This document shows, one piece after another, positions 29,504 to 38,589 of a stretch of DNA of 64,000 nucleotides; position 1 is the first letter of the stretch; each line of letters opens with the position of its first letter. The translations under genes and the position numbers were made by a program. This DNA comes from Flavobacteriales bacterium (GTDB lineage: Bacteria > Bacteroidota > Bacteroidia > UBA10329), in contig JAGYJL010000008.1 of assembly GCA_018402015.1 (NCBI GenBank), positions 13,762 to 77,761 of the forward strand, read 5' to 3'. A model generated the notes under the pieces. That model was not told the origin of the DNA. It worked only from the letters and a program-made list of their open reading frames with translations, and did not search any database.

Positions 29504-30937
29504 TTATCTCCACCCGCCCCCAAGTGCCTTGTACAAGTTCACCTTGGCCGATTGCCGTCTCTTTTCCACATCAACCAACTCAAGTTGTGCCTGTAGCACG
29601 CTTTCCTGAGTAACGATCAGGTCGAGATAGTCGGTACGTGCCGACCGGAAAAGCTCGGCAGCAGTCTCAACAGCCTGACCGAGCACTTCACTCTCTTCCT
29701 TTTTCTGTGCGCTCAGCTGCTGGAGGCGATCGAGGTTGGCCAGTTGGTCGGAAACCTCCATGAAACCACCAAGTACGCTTTTCTGATATTCATACATGGA
29801 TGAAAACTGCCCGGCCTTGGCCGTGGCGAACTGGGCTTTCAGCGCACTCATGTTGAACAGTGGAGCTGCAAGTCCGCCAAGCACACCGTAGCCGATGGAT
29901 GCAGGTGAACTGAACAGGAACTTCGGGTAGAATGCATTGAAGCCCAATGCCGCACTGATGTTGATATTAGGAAAGAAGGCGGCACGGGCGGCCTTCAGGT
30001 CGAACTTGCTTGCCTGCACCTGAAATTCGGCCTGCCGAATGTCAGGGCGGTTAAGGAGCAACTGTGACGGAACTCCTGCCGAAATGGCTGCCGGCATTTC
30101 ACCATAGAGGTTTTCCCTATTGCGTTCTATCGCTTCGGGGTATCGGCCCAGTAGGAAGTTGATCCGGTTCTCGGTTTCGGTTATCTGCTGCCGGAGTTCA
30201 ATTTCGAGCGAACGTGCATTGAGCAACTGTGCCCTGAACTGCTGAACCGCAAGCAGGTTTGCCCTTCCGGCCTCCATCTGCCATTCGGCTGCATCCAGTG
30301 CTTCTTCACGCTTGGCAATGGTCTGCTGCACGATCTCCAGTGCATTGTCAATGGCTATCAGCTCATAGTATGCGGTAGCCACTTCGGCCACAAGATTGGA
30401 GGTGACGAAGTTCTTTCCTTCCACGCTGGCCAGATAACTGGCCATGGCCGCCTTTCTGCTGTTGCGCAGCTTGCCCCAGATGTCCACCTCCCAAGTGGCG
30501 GTAAAACCTGCAAAGTAATCCTGAAGCGGATTTGGCACCACTTTGCCCGGTTCGTAGTCGGTGGTGGAGTTTCCGGCAAAGTCGGGCGTATAGCGTGCAA
30601 ACTTGTCAACCCCTGCCGAAACCTCCGCCTGAAGCTGTGGGAAAAGGTCTCCGGTGGCACCTCTCACTCCGGCTCGTAACATCTCAATGCGCTGAAGCGC
30701 CATCTGAAGATCGAAGTTGTTGTTCAGGGCTGTGTCTATGAGTGCGGTAAGTGCTTCATCGGCAAAGTAGCTACGCCAGTTGGTGTTGGCCCAGTTTGCA
30801 CTGTCCGCAGAAGGGATGTTGAAACTGGCGGGCATGCTGCGTTCGCGTACCGACAGGTCTGTTTCGAGGGTCTTGCAACCGCTGACAAGCAACGGAAGCA
30901 AGGCCACATATATATATTGATATGGTTTCATTTTCAA
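29504..30937 (-). CDS. RND efflux outer-membrane factor lipoprotein (NodT/TolC family)
   Basis: 477 aa. Lipobox ALLPLLVSGC and two OEP-type repeats. The C-terminal YKALGGGW is characteristic of the NodT family. Confidence 0.9.
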   Translation of the reverse strand: MKMKPYQYIYVALLPLLVSGCKTLETDLSVRERSMPASFNIPSADSANWANTNWRSYFADEALTALIDTALNNNFDLQMALQRIEMLRAGVRGATGDLFPQLQAEVSAGVDKFARYTPDFAGNSTTDYEPGKVVPNPLQDYFAGFTATWEVDIWGKLRNSRKAAMASYLASVEGKNFVTSNLVAEVATAYYELIAIDNALEIVQQTIAKREEALDAAEWQMEAGRANLLAVQQFRAQLLNARSLEIELRQQITETENRINFLLGRYPEAIERNRENLYGEMPAAISAGVPSQLLLNRPDIRQAEFQVQASKFDLKAARAAFFPNINISAALGFNAFYPKFLFSSPASIGYGVLGGLAAPLFNMSALKAQFATAKAGQFSSMYEYQKSVLGGFMEVSDQLANLDRLQQLSAQKKEESEVLGQAVETAAELFRSARTDYLDLIVTQESVLQAQLELVDVEKRRQSAKVNLYKALGGGWR

Positions 30938-30942
30938 GGTCG

Positions 30943-33900
30943 TTAAAGGGTTTCTGTGAACGGGCCCTCATCTTTCCGGCTTCTGCTGAACCGTTCTGAG
31001 ATGGTACCGAAGATGAAATAGAGCCCCGGAATGATGATGACGCCGAACAGCGTTCCGAAAAGCATACCACCGAAGGCAGCTGCTCCGATGGTCCTATTGC
31101 CCACGGCCCCGGCACCTGTGGCCACCAACAGCGGCACAAGGCCAGCCATGAATGCGAACGAGGTCATTAAAATAGGGCGCAGACGAAGTTTTGCGCCTTC
31201 AACGGCCGCAGCCATCACCGTTCTTCCCTCACTGTGTTTCTGGGCAGCAAATTCTACAATGAGAATGGCGTTCTTACCCAGCAGCCCGATGAGCATTATC
31301 ATGGCGATCTGCGCATAGATGTTGTTCTCAAGGCCCAGCACAGAAAGCAGGAAGAACGCACCGAAGATGCCTGTGGGCAACGAGAGGATGACAGGCAGGG
31401 GTAGCAGGAAACTCTCGTACTGTCCGGCCAGGATAAGGTAGATGAACAGCAGACATATCAGGAAGATGATGATGCCCTCGTTGCCTGCGTTCACCTCATC
31501 ATACGAGATGCCTGACCAGGCAATGTCATACCCCATTGGAAGGGTGTTGTCTGCCACTTCGCGCACGGCTTTCAGGGCGTCACCACTGCTGTATCCGGGA
31601 GCCTGCTCCCCGTTCAGCTCGGCAGAGTTGTACATGTTGTACCGCGTTATCTGATCCACTCCGTAATCCTTCTCCAATGTGACGAAGGTGGACAGAGGCA
31701 CCATTTCGCCTCTGTCATTGCGCACCCTAAGTTGGAGAATGTCCTCTGGGTTTGCCCTGTATTCTGGCAGTGCCTGCACCATCACCTTATAGGTCTTACC
31801 GAATTTGATGAAGTTCGAAGCATACTCGCTGCCCACATAGGTGGAGAGTGTGCTCATGGCGTTGCTCACGGTCACTCCTTTCTGCGCGGCCTTATCATGG
31901 TCCACGTTGAGCACATACTGCGGAATGCTGGCGTTGAAAATGGAGAAGCAACCGGCAATTTCGGGCCGTGCCTCCAAGTTGGTGATGAACTCATTGACAA
32001 CCGTCTCCATTTCCTTCAGGTCACCTGTCCCCGTTCTTTCGAGCAGTTTCACCTCAAAGCCGCTTGCGTTTCCATATCCCGGCACAGCGGGCGGTGGGAA
32101 GAAGTCTATCTGGGCCTCTGCGATCCGGGCAGTCCTGGCCTTCAGCTTTTCAATGACCTCTTCCACAGAGGCATCGCGCTCACCCCATTCTTTAAGGTTG
32201 ATGAGAAAGCTGCCATAGGTCGCTCCTGTTCCATCCGAAAGGATGTTGGTGCCCGCAAGGGATGAGATGCTTTCGATATCCTCCACCTGCCGCGCCTCTT
32301 CAATAATGGCATCCACCACTTGTTTGGTGCGCTCAAGCGTGGAGCCTGGTGGGGTAAGCACGTTGATATAGAACATGCCCTGGTCCTCGTTGGGTATGAA
32401 GCCCGGGCTGAGCGTCCTGCCGAAAAGACCCGCACTGACCACAAATACAGCCAGTATGCCCCAGGTCACAGCCCTTCTGCTGATGATTCTGTTGAGGAGG
32501 CTCCCGTATCGGCCTTCCATGTTGGCATACCAATGATTGAAGCCCGCGAAAAATCTTGTGAGGAACGTTTCCTTCTTGGCGTCCTGATGTTTCAGCAGCA
32601 AAGAGCAGAGCGCGGGGGCCAGCGTCAGTGCCACAATGCCCGAAAGCACGATGGCAATGGCCATGGTGAGAGAGAACTGGCGGAAGAAGATGCCCGAAGG
32701 GCCGCTCATGAAGGCCACGGGGATGAACACGGCCGACATGACCAGCGTGATGGCGACAATGGCCCCGCTGATCTCTTTCATGGCGGCCTTGGCGGCCGCC
32801 TTCGCCCCCATGCCGTGGCGTTCCATCTTGGCATGCACGGCCTCCACCACCACGATGGAGTCGTCCACCACGATCCCTATCACAATGACCAGCGCGAAAA
32901 GGGTGATGAGATTGAGCGAGAACCCAAGGAACTGCATGAAGAAGAACGTGCCCACAATGGACACGGGCACGGCAAGGGCGGGAATGAGCGTTGCCCTCCA
33001 GTTCTGCAGGAAGACGAACACCACCAGCGTTACCAGCAACAGGGCCTCGATGAAGGTTTTGACCACCTCACGTATCGAAGCGTCCATGAACCGCGAAATG
33101 TCGTAACTCACCTCATAGTCCATTCCTTTTAGGAACATGGTCTGTTTCAGTTCTTCCATACGGATCTTCACGTTCTCGATCACTTCCTTGGCATTGGAAC
33201 CGGGCAATTGTTTGAGAATAATGGAGGCTGTAGGTCTGCCGTTATACTTGGCCTCCACATCGAAATACTCCGTACCGAACTCAAGTTCGGCCACGTCCTT
33301 TAGGCGAAGGATACGGCCATCCTCCAAGGCTCTCAGTGGCAGGTTCTCATACTGTTCCACCGTGTTGAACCTTCCGGGATAGCGCAGCACGTACTGGAGG
33401 TCGGAGTTCAAGGTGCGTTCAGAATTCTCGCCCACCTTGCCGGGAGATGCCTCCAGGTTCTGCTCTTCAAGTGCATTGAGCACATCCTCGGTGGCCACGT
33501 CATAGGCCAGCATCTTATCGGGCTTGAGCCAAATGCGCATGGCGTATTCCTTGGCCCCGAGAATGTTGGCATAACCCACGCCTTTGATGCGCTTCAGTTC
33601 AGAGAGCACATTGAGGTCGGCAAAATTGTGGATGAATTTCTCGGTCATCGCTGGGTCATCGGTGTAGATGTTCAGATACATCAGAATGGCGTTTTCCTCC
33701 TTACCGATAAGCACTCCTCTTTGGATCACTTCGGGCGGTAACTGTCCCATCACATCGGTAATGCGGTTCTGCACATTCACGGCAGCCACATTGATGTCGG
33801 TGCCTGTCTCGAATATCACCTGTACGATGCCCACTCCGTCATTTCCCACATCACTGCTCATGTATTTCATGTTGGGAACTCCGTTTATCGCACGTTCCAG

Positions 33901-34092
33901 CGGTTCTATGGCCGCCTTGGTAACGGTTTCGGCATTGGCCCCCTGATATTCCACCTCAACGTTCACCTCGGGCGGGGCCACAGAGGGAAAGAGGGTCATG
34001 GGCAATTGGAATATGGAGAGGATGCCCAGAAAAACAATGATCAACGAGATCACTATGGCCAGTATGGGCCTGTCTATGATATTTGCTTTCAT
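30943..34092 (-). CDS. RND multidrug efflux permease (AcrB/HAE1-like)
   Basis: 1049 aa. The N-terminus IIDRPILAIVISLIIVFLGILSIFQLPMTLFPSVAPPEVNVEVEYQGANAETV is colinear with AcrB. There are 12-TM architecture blocks (GIVVDDSIVVVE, LLGKNAILIVEFA). Confidence 0.95.
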   Translation of the reverse strand: MKANIIDRPILAIVISLIIVFLGILSIFQLPMTLFPSVAPPEVNVEVEYQGANAETVTKAAIEPLERAINGVPNMKYMSSDVGNDGVGIVQVIFETGTDINVAAVNVQNRITDVMGQLPPEVIQRGVLIGKEENAILMYLNIYTDDPAMTEKFIHNFADLNVLSELKRIKGVGYANILGAKEYAMRIWLKPDKMLAYDVATEDVLNALEEQNLEASPGKVGENSERTLNSDLQYVLRYPGRFNTVEQYENLPLRALEDGRILRLKDVAELEFGTEYFDVEAKYNGRPTASIILKQLPGSNAKEVIENVKIRMEELKQTMFLKGMDYEVSYDISRFMDASIREVVKTFIEALLLVTLVVFVFLQNWRATLIPALAVPVSIVGTFFFMQFLGFSLNLITLFALVIVIGIVVDDSIVVVEAVHAKMERHGMGAKAAAKAAMKEISGAIVAITLVMSAVFIPVAFMSGPSGIFFRQFSLTMAIAIVLSGIVALTLAPALCSLLLKHQDAKKETFLTRFFAGFNHWYANMEGRYGSLLNRIISRRAVTWGILAVFVVSAGLFGRTLSPGFIPNEDQGMFYINVLTPPGSTLERTKQVVDAIIEEARQVEDIESISSLAGTNILSDGTGATYGSFLINLKEWGERDASVEEVIEKLKARTARIAEAQIDFFPPPAVPGYGNASGFEVKLLERTGTGDLKEMETVVNEFITNLEARPEIAGCFSIFNASIPQYVLNVDHDKAAQKGVTVSNAMSTLSTYVGSEYASNFIKFGKTYKVMVQALPEYRANPEDILQLRVRNDRGEMVPLSTFVTLEKDYGVDQITRYNMYNSAELNGEQAPGYSSGDALKAVREVADNTLPMGYDIAWSGISYDEVNAGNEGIIIFLICLLFIYLILAGQYESFLLPLPVILSLPTGIFGAFFLLSVLGLENNIYAQIAMIMLIGLLGKNAILIVEFAAQKHSEGRTVMAAAVEGAKLRLRPILMTSFAFMAGLVPLLVATGAGAVGNRTIGAAAFGGMLFGTLFGVIIIPGLYFIFGTISERFSRSRKDEGPFTETL

Positions 34093-34103
34093 GATTGTGT
34101 TCC

Positions 34104-35213
34104 TTAGTGATTAACAGGCTGTGAGTGTTCTGCCTGTTCGGGAACGATACGGTCGCCCTCCTTTACCAACTGCACGCCTTCGTACAGGATACGCTCGTGC
34201 TCTGAAAGACCTGAACTTATGACGAACAGATGCGGAAGGCGCACCAGCGTTTCAAAGCTCCTCACCTTCAGTGTGCTGTCGGCTCCCACCACATAGACGC
34301 ACAGTTGTTCCTGTCGGTCGAAGGTGCAGCTTTGCGGTATGACCAATGCATGTGGCAACGACTTGGTCACCTGTACCCTGCCCGAGGCACCGTGTTTCAA
34401 TACTCCCTGCGGATTGGGAAATGTGGCGCGGTACGCAATAGTGCCCGTATTCGGGTCAAACTCACTTTCCGTAGTGCTGATGACACCGCTGAACGGATAC
34501 AGGGTTCCATTGGCCAGCACTAGTGACACCTCCTTGGAACTGCGGCCATCTTCTTCTATGGCATGATCGAGATGCTCGGTTTCGGACACGTTGAAGTAGG
34601 CGAAGATCTGCGAGTTGTCGGAAATGGTTGTGAGAAGCGTTCCCTCCTCTACCAGACTGCCTTCCTTGTTGGGTAAGCGGTTCACCGTTCCGTTGAAAGG
34701 TGCTCGCACCTCTGTGAACTGCAAGTTCAATCTGGCACCTTCTTCGGCTGCCTGTGCCATTTCCAACTCCGATCTCAGGGTCTGTACTTCGGCCTCGGCC
34801 ACCGCATATTCCGCAGCCGAAATGATATTCCGGTCAAGCAATTTCTTTGAGTTGCCGAGCTCTATTTCGGCCGCCTGCATCCTTGCCCGCGCACTGCCCG
34901 TGGCAGCAATGGCCTGTTGCAGTTCCTGCCGGAACGGAGCTTGCCCTATAATGAACAGCACCTGACCTTTGGTCACTTGCTGTCCCTCGTCCACCTTGAT
35001 GGCATCAATGAAACCGTTCAGTCTTGCCCTTATCTGTACATTTCTGATAGCCTCCAACTGGGCAACATGGTCGGTGGTATAGCTCGTATCGGTAATCATG
35101 GGGCTGATCACTCGGAATGTTTTCAATTTATTGTCCCCCTCGTTCTTCTTATCAGAACATGCGGTGAGTATTATACTCGCCAACACGCCCATGAGCAACA
35201 CATTTGTTCTCAT
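34104..35213 (-). CDS. RND efflux periplasmic adaptor (membrane fusion protein)
   Basis: Lipoprotein signal MRTNVLLMGVLASIILTAC, from ATG 35213 (the ORF is open to 35270). It has a coiled-coil hairpin segment and beta-barrel domains typical of the AcrA/HlyD_D23 family. Confidence 0.9.
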   Translation of the reverse strand: MRTNVLLMGVLASIILTACSDKKNEGDNKLKTFRVISPMITDTSYTTDHVAQLEAIRNVQIRARLNGFIDAIKVDEGQQVTKGQVLFIIGQAPFRQELQQAIAATGSARARMQAAEIELGNSKKLLDRNIISAAEYAVAEAEVQTLRSELEMAQAAEEGARLNLQFTEVRAPFNGTVNRLPNKEGSLVEEGTLLTTISDNSQIFAYFNVSETEHLDHAIEEDGRSSKEVSLVLANGTLYPFSGVISTTESEFDPNTGTIAYRATFPNPQGVLKHGASGRVQVTKSLPHALVIPQSCTFDRQEQLCVYVVGADSTLKVRSFETLVRLPHLFVISSGLSEHERILYEGVQLVKEGDRIVPEQAEHSQPVNH

Positions 35214-35361
35214 TACCTTGTTTTTTATTGATTTGAATGATACTTTGAAATGCGACCAGGTGCGCAGCATGGCATACGCAGAACCGTTGACTCCTTAGTG
35301 GTAGTGGTCAACCGGGCACGTGGTCGCAGGGCGTCACAGCAACTGTGGCGCAAGCATACAA

Positions 35362-35745
35362 TCAAACCTTAGGCGGGGGAGAAACCAGTTCGGGATGGAA
35401 CTGGTCTGAAAATTTGTCGTTGTTCAGCAGGAACTTACGTTTGCTGGCCGAACACTCTCTCGTAGGAAGCGGGTCTATATTGTACCGCGAGAAAGAATCC
35501 AAGTTCTTTTTAAGAGCGAGCCCGTCATCGCCATTGTCGTTGTCGTCATGTTCTGGAATAGCGTTCTTGATTTCAAGACCTTTTTCCAGTACAATCTCAA
35601 TGACGCTCTCCATCTCATTGTATGCGAGATTTTCGGCAACATGTTCTGGCTTCACGTCAGGAGCGTCCACACTACAGTTGAGAATCTGTATCGCGGTCAG
35701 AAACCAAAAAAATCTGAGTAGGATATGTTCTCTTAGCGATAGCAT
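35362..35745 (-). CDS. Small protein of unknown function at the head of the efflux cluster
   Basis: 127-aa ORF with an N-terminal hydrophobic segment ILLRFFWFLTAIQILNCSV and an acidic patch EHDDNDNGDDG. Same strand as the adaptor gene and ~150 nt upstream of it. Confidence 0.5.
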   Translation of the reverse strand: MLSLREHILLRFFWFLTAIQILNCSVDAPDVKPEHVAENLAYNEMESVIEIVLEKGLEIKNAIPEHDDNDNGDDGLALKKNLDSFSRYNIDPLPTRECSASKRKFLLNNDKFSDQFHPELVSPPPKV

Positions 35746-35821
35746 TTAGCGGCAAAGCTAAATATAAACGACCGCTCAATCACTTAAAGTTTGTTAAGAA
35801 TGGGACATTGAGCGGCCAGAT

Positions 35822-36298
35822 TTACTTCTTACCAAGATAAGCTGTCAGCATCCAAACGGTTTTTTCTTGTTGACTGATGTAGTCGCTCATCTGCGAATTG
35901 GTTCCTTCATCCCCTGCTTCTCCAGATAAGTCAAGAATTTTTCGTTCCATTTCCAAAAGTGTTTTCAGATTGGCGAGCGTGGTGGAAACAGTTCCTTCAC
36001 CATCTTTCACATTTGCAGCTTCTTTAATGGTAGAATGCTCTAAATAAGCAGTGAATGTGTGATACGGGGTTTCTCCAAGCGTTAGAACACGTTCTGCAAT
36101 TTCATCCACTTTCATCACGGCATCGTTATACAACTCCTCAAATTTGATGTGAAGTTCAAAGAAACTTGGTCCTTGAATGTTCCAATGAAAACCGCGAAGA
36201 TTCTGATAGAACATCTGGTAGTTTGCTAAAAGCACATTCAATTCTTGTGCTAGATCGTTTGATTGTTTCGTATTCAATCCTATTTGATTAGTAGTCAT
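35822..36298 (-). CDS. dps: Dps-family DNA protection during starvation protein / ferritin-like
   Basis: LNVLLANYQMFYQNLRGFHWNIQGPSFFELHIKFEELYND is the typical Dps ferroxidase region. I placed the start at MTTNQIGL (ATG 36298). The ORF is open to 36340. Confidence 0.9.
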   Translation of the reverse strand: MTTNQIGLNTKQSNDLAQELNVLLANYQMFYQNLRGFHWNIQGPSFFELHIKFEELYNDAVMKVDEIAERVLTLGETPYHTFTAYLEHSTIKEAANVKDGEGTVSTTLANLKTLLEMERKILDLSGEAGDEGTNSQMSDYISQQEKTVWMLTAYLGKK

Positions 36299-36375
36299 CT
36301 CTTTTCGTTTTTGATTTACATGACAAAGGTGCACGACCAATAGTTATCAATCAAATCAATAATAAGTATATTGGC

Positions 36376-36390
36376 ATAGTTAAAAACTAT
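36376..36390. promoter_or_regulatory. OxyR/LysR-type half-operator ATAGtTaaaAaCTAT in the dps-oxyR divergent region
   Basis: atagttaaaaactat matches the OxyR half-motif ATAGnTnnnAnCTAT at all specified positions. A second ATAGTT occurs at 36340-36345. Confidence 0.45.
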
Positions 36391-36394
36391 ATTA

Positions 36395-37324
36395 ATGACA
36401 TTACAGCAACTCGAGTACATCCGTGCGCTTGATATAGAAAGGAACTTTGTGCGTGCAGCCGAAAGGTGTTTTGTAACGCAGCCATCTCTCACCATGCAGG
36501 TTCAAAAGCTAGAAGAGCAGCTTGGCGTCAAGATTTTCGACCGATCAAAAAAACCGTTGATACCAACGCCATTGGGCGAGAGACTGGTCGCGCAGGCGTA
36601 CACCATTCTTCGCGAAGCAGAACGTTTCACTGAAATGGTAAAAGAGCAGGAAGGCAAACTTTCTGGCGAATTGAAAGTGGGAATTATTCCAACCCTAGCG
36701 CCTTATCTCTTGCCATTATTTGTCCCAAAGTTTGAGTTTGAGTTTCCCGAAATACGGTTGCTGGTGCAGGAGTTGCAGACCAATGTAATCGTGGATAAAC
36801 TAAGGAAAGACGAACTCGATCTTGGAATTCTTGTTACGCCATTGGAAGAGAAAGGCATTCAAGAATCGGTGATTTTTAATGAGCCGATGGTTGGATACGT
36901 GGGAAGAAATCACCGCCTTTTCTCAAAGTCCGAAATCGATGTCGCTGAACTCGATCTGGATGATACATGGCTGCTTTCCGAAGGGCATTGCTTACGTGGG
37001 CAAGTGCTCAACATTTGTAAAGCTCATCAGAATGATGAAACACACAATTTTGTGTTTGAAAGTGGCTCTTTAGAAACCTTGGAGCGTTTGGTGGAACTTC
37101 ATCGTGGTATGACAATACTGCCATTTCTGGCCACGCTGAACTTGGGTAAAAATCAACGCGAGTTATTGCGGGATTTCGTTGGTCACGCTCCTGTAAGAGA
37201 AGTGAGTATTGTTACAAATCGTGTTCACGTGAAAACAGCTATGATAGAGGCACTTCGCACTACTATTCTTGGTTCTATTCCTGCACAACTACTAAATGTT
37301 GAGGGTCAGGTAATACCGTTGTAA
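36395..37324 (+). CDS. oxyR: LysR-family hydrogen-peroxide-responsive regulator OxyR
   Basis: 309 aa. LysR HTH (LQQLEYIRALDIERNFVRAAERCFVTQPSLTMQVQKLEEQLG). The redox cysteine pair context LLSEGHCLRGQVLNICK resembles E. coli LLEDGHCLRDQAMGFC. Divergent from dps. Confidence 0.85.
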   Translation: MTLQQLEYIRALDIERNFVRAAERCFVTQPSLTMQVQKLEEQLGVKIFDRSKKPLIPTPLGERLVAQAYTILREAERFTEMVKEQEGKLSGELKVGIIPTLAPYLLPLFVPKFEFEFPEIRLLVQELQTNVIVDKLRKDELDLGILVTPLEEKGIQESVIFNEPMVGYVGRNHRLFSKSEIDVAELDLDDTWLLSEGHCLRGQVLNICKAHQNDETHNFVFESGSLETLERLVELHRGMTILPFLATLNLGKNQRELLRDFVGHAPVREVSIVTNRVHVKTAMIEALRTTILGSIPAQLLNVEGQVIPL

Positions 37325-37419
37325 AATAAGCGTTGGTAACTATTGTCGAGTTGGTCTTTCTGTGACAAATGCAATACATAAATCAACGACCTTTGATATA
37401 CCCACATTAATACTGCCTT

Positions 37420-38550
37420 ATGGCTCAAGATCTTATTCAACGTGTAAAATTTGCACATCGTACTGATGGCGAAAGCTTCTCTAAAACTTTAAATCAGCGT
37501 GTAAATGCCTACTTCAAAGAGAAAGGTATTTCAAAATATGCTGATGCCAGAATGTATCTGAAATCATTCATCATCCTTTCGGCCTACCTCGTTCCGCTTA
37601 TTCTGATGCTGGTAGGAGTTACAACTTCAATTCCAGCAATTGTTCTTTCTTGGATGCTAATGGGAGTTGCTATTTCGGGAATTGGAATGTCCGTAATGCA
37701 CGATGCAAACCACGGTTCTTATTCTAGCAATAAATGGGTGAACAAAGGAGTTGGATATTTATTGAACTTAGTTGGCGGAAGCGCTGAGAATTGGAAAATT
37801 CAGCACAATATTCTTCATCACACGTATACAAACATCGATGGGTTGGATGCCGATACGGTCACTTTTCCTATGCTCCGTTTTTCGCCTTTTGCCAAAAGAA
37901 GAGCCGTTCATCGGTTCCAACATATTTACGGTTGGTTCTTCTACGGGCTGATGACCGTTAGTTGGGTTTTTATGAAAGACTTTAAGCAATTAGTAGATTA
38001 CAAGAACTCAGGAATGACCACCAATTATGACACGGGTTTCGGCCTCATCATTCTACGAGTGGTCTTATTCAAACTGGCATATTTGTTCGTAACGCTTGCC
38101 TTACCAATTTACATTCTACCAATTCCTTGGTACGGAACAGTAGGATGTTTTTTCTTAATGCATTTTATTGGCGGACTTATTTTAGGAATGGTATTCCAAG
38201 CAGCACATATCATGGAAATATGTGAGTTCAGCAAACCGAATGAAGAAGGAAAGATGAAAGATGAGTGGGCTATTCATCAACTTAGAACCACCACAGATTT
38301 TGCTCCGAATAATAAGCTGGTAACTTGGTTTGTGGGCGGACTGAATTTTCAAGTGGTTCATCACCTTTTCCCAAAGATCGATCTGATGCATTATCCAGCT
38401 TTAGCGCCAATTGTTACTCAAACCGCCAAAAGATTTCGACTTGCCTTATCATTGTATTCAACATTTACAGAGGCTGTTTTAGGTCACGGAAAAATGCTTC
38501 GTGCGCTTGGACGAGAAGATATTCCTTCTTCTATGGTAGTTCTCACATAA
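37420..38550 (+). CDS. Membrane fatty-acid desaturase
   Basis: 376 aa. Three histidine boxes (HDANHG, HNILHH, QVVHHLFP) and multiple TM helices. Confidence 0.85.
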   Translation: MAQDLIQRVKFAHRTDGESFSKTLNQRVNAYFKEKGISKYADARMYLKSFIILSAYLVPLILMLVGVTTSIPAIVLSWMLMGVAISGIGMSVMHDANHGSYSSNKWVNKGVGYLLNLVGGSAENWKIQHNILHHTYTNIDGLDADTVTFPMLRFSPFAKRRAVHRFQHIYGWFFYGLMTVSWVFMKDFKQLVDYKNSGMTTNYDTGFGLIILRVVLFKLAYLFVTLALPIYILPIPWYGTVGCFFLMHFIGGLILGMVFQAAHIMEICEFSKPNEEGKMKDEWAIHQLRTTTDFAPNNKLVTWFVGGLNFQVVHHLFPKIDLMHYPALAPIVTQTAKRFRLALSLYSTFTEAVLGHGKMLRALGREDIPSSMVVLT

Positions 38551-38589
38551 TTGAGTTGTTGATTAACGGTTCAAGGCTAACTTTGCCGC

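Noticed and set aside
31031-33946. Long plus-strand ORFs inside the RND pump gene (e.g. 31732-32265, 32320-33132, 32636-33106)
   Set aside because: They are antisense to a 1049-aa AcrB-like ORF with unmistakable homology. Their products are His/Arg/Gly/Ala-rich low-complexity sequence, the usual consequence of high G+C on the non-coding strand.
37217-37238. parS-like sequence cgtgttcacgtgaaaacagc
   Set aside because: It contains the CACGTG core, but the arms (gtgtt / aaaac) do not match the TGTTTCACGTGAAACA consensus and are not symmetric. It lies inside the oxyR coding sequence, 15 kb from parAB. I found no convincing parS in the window.
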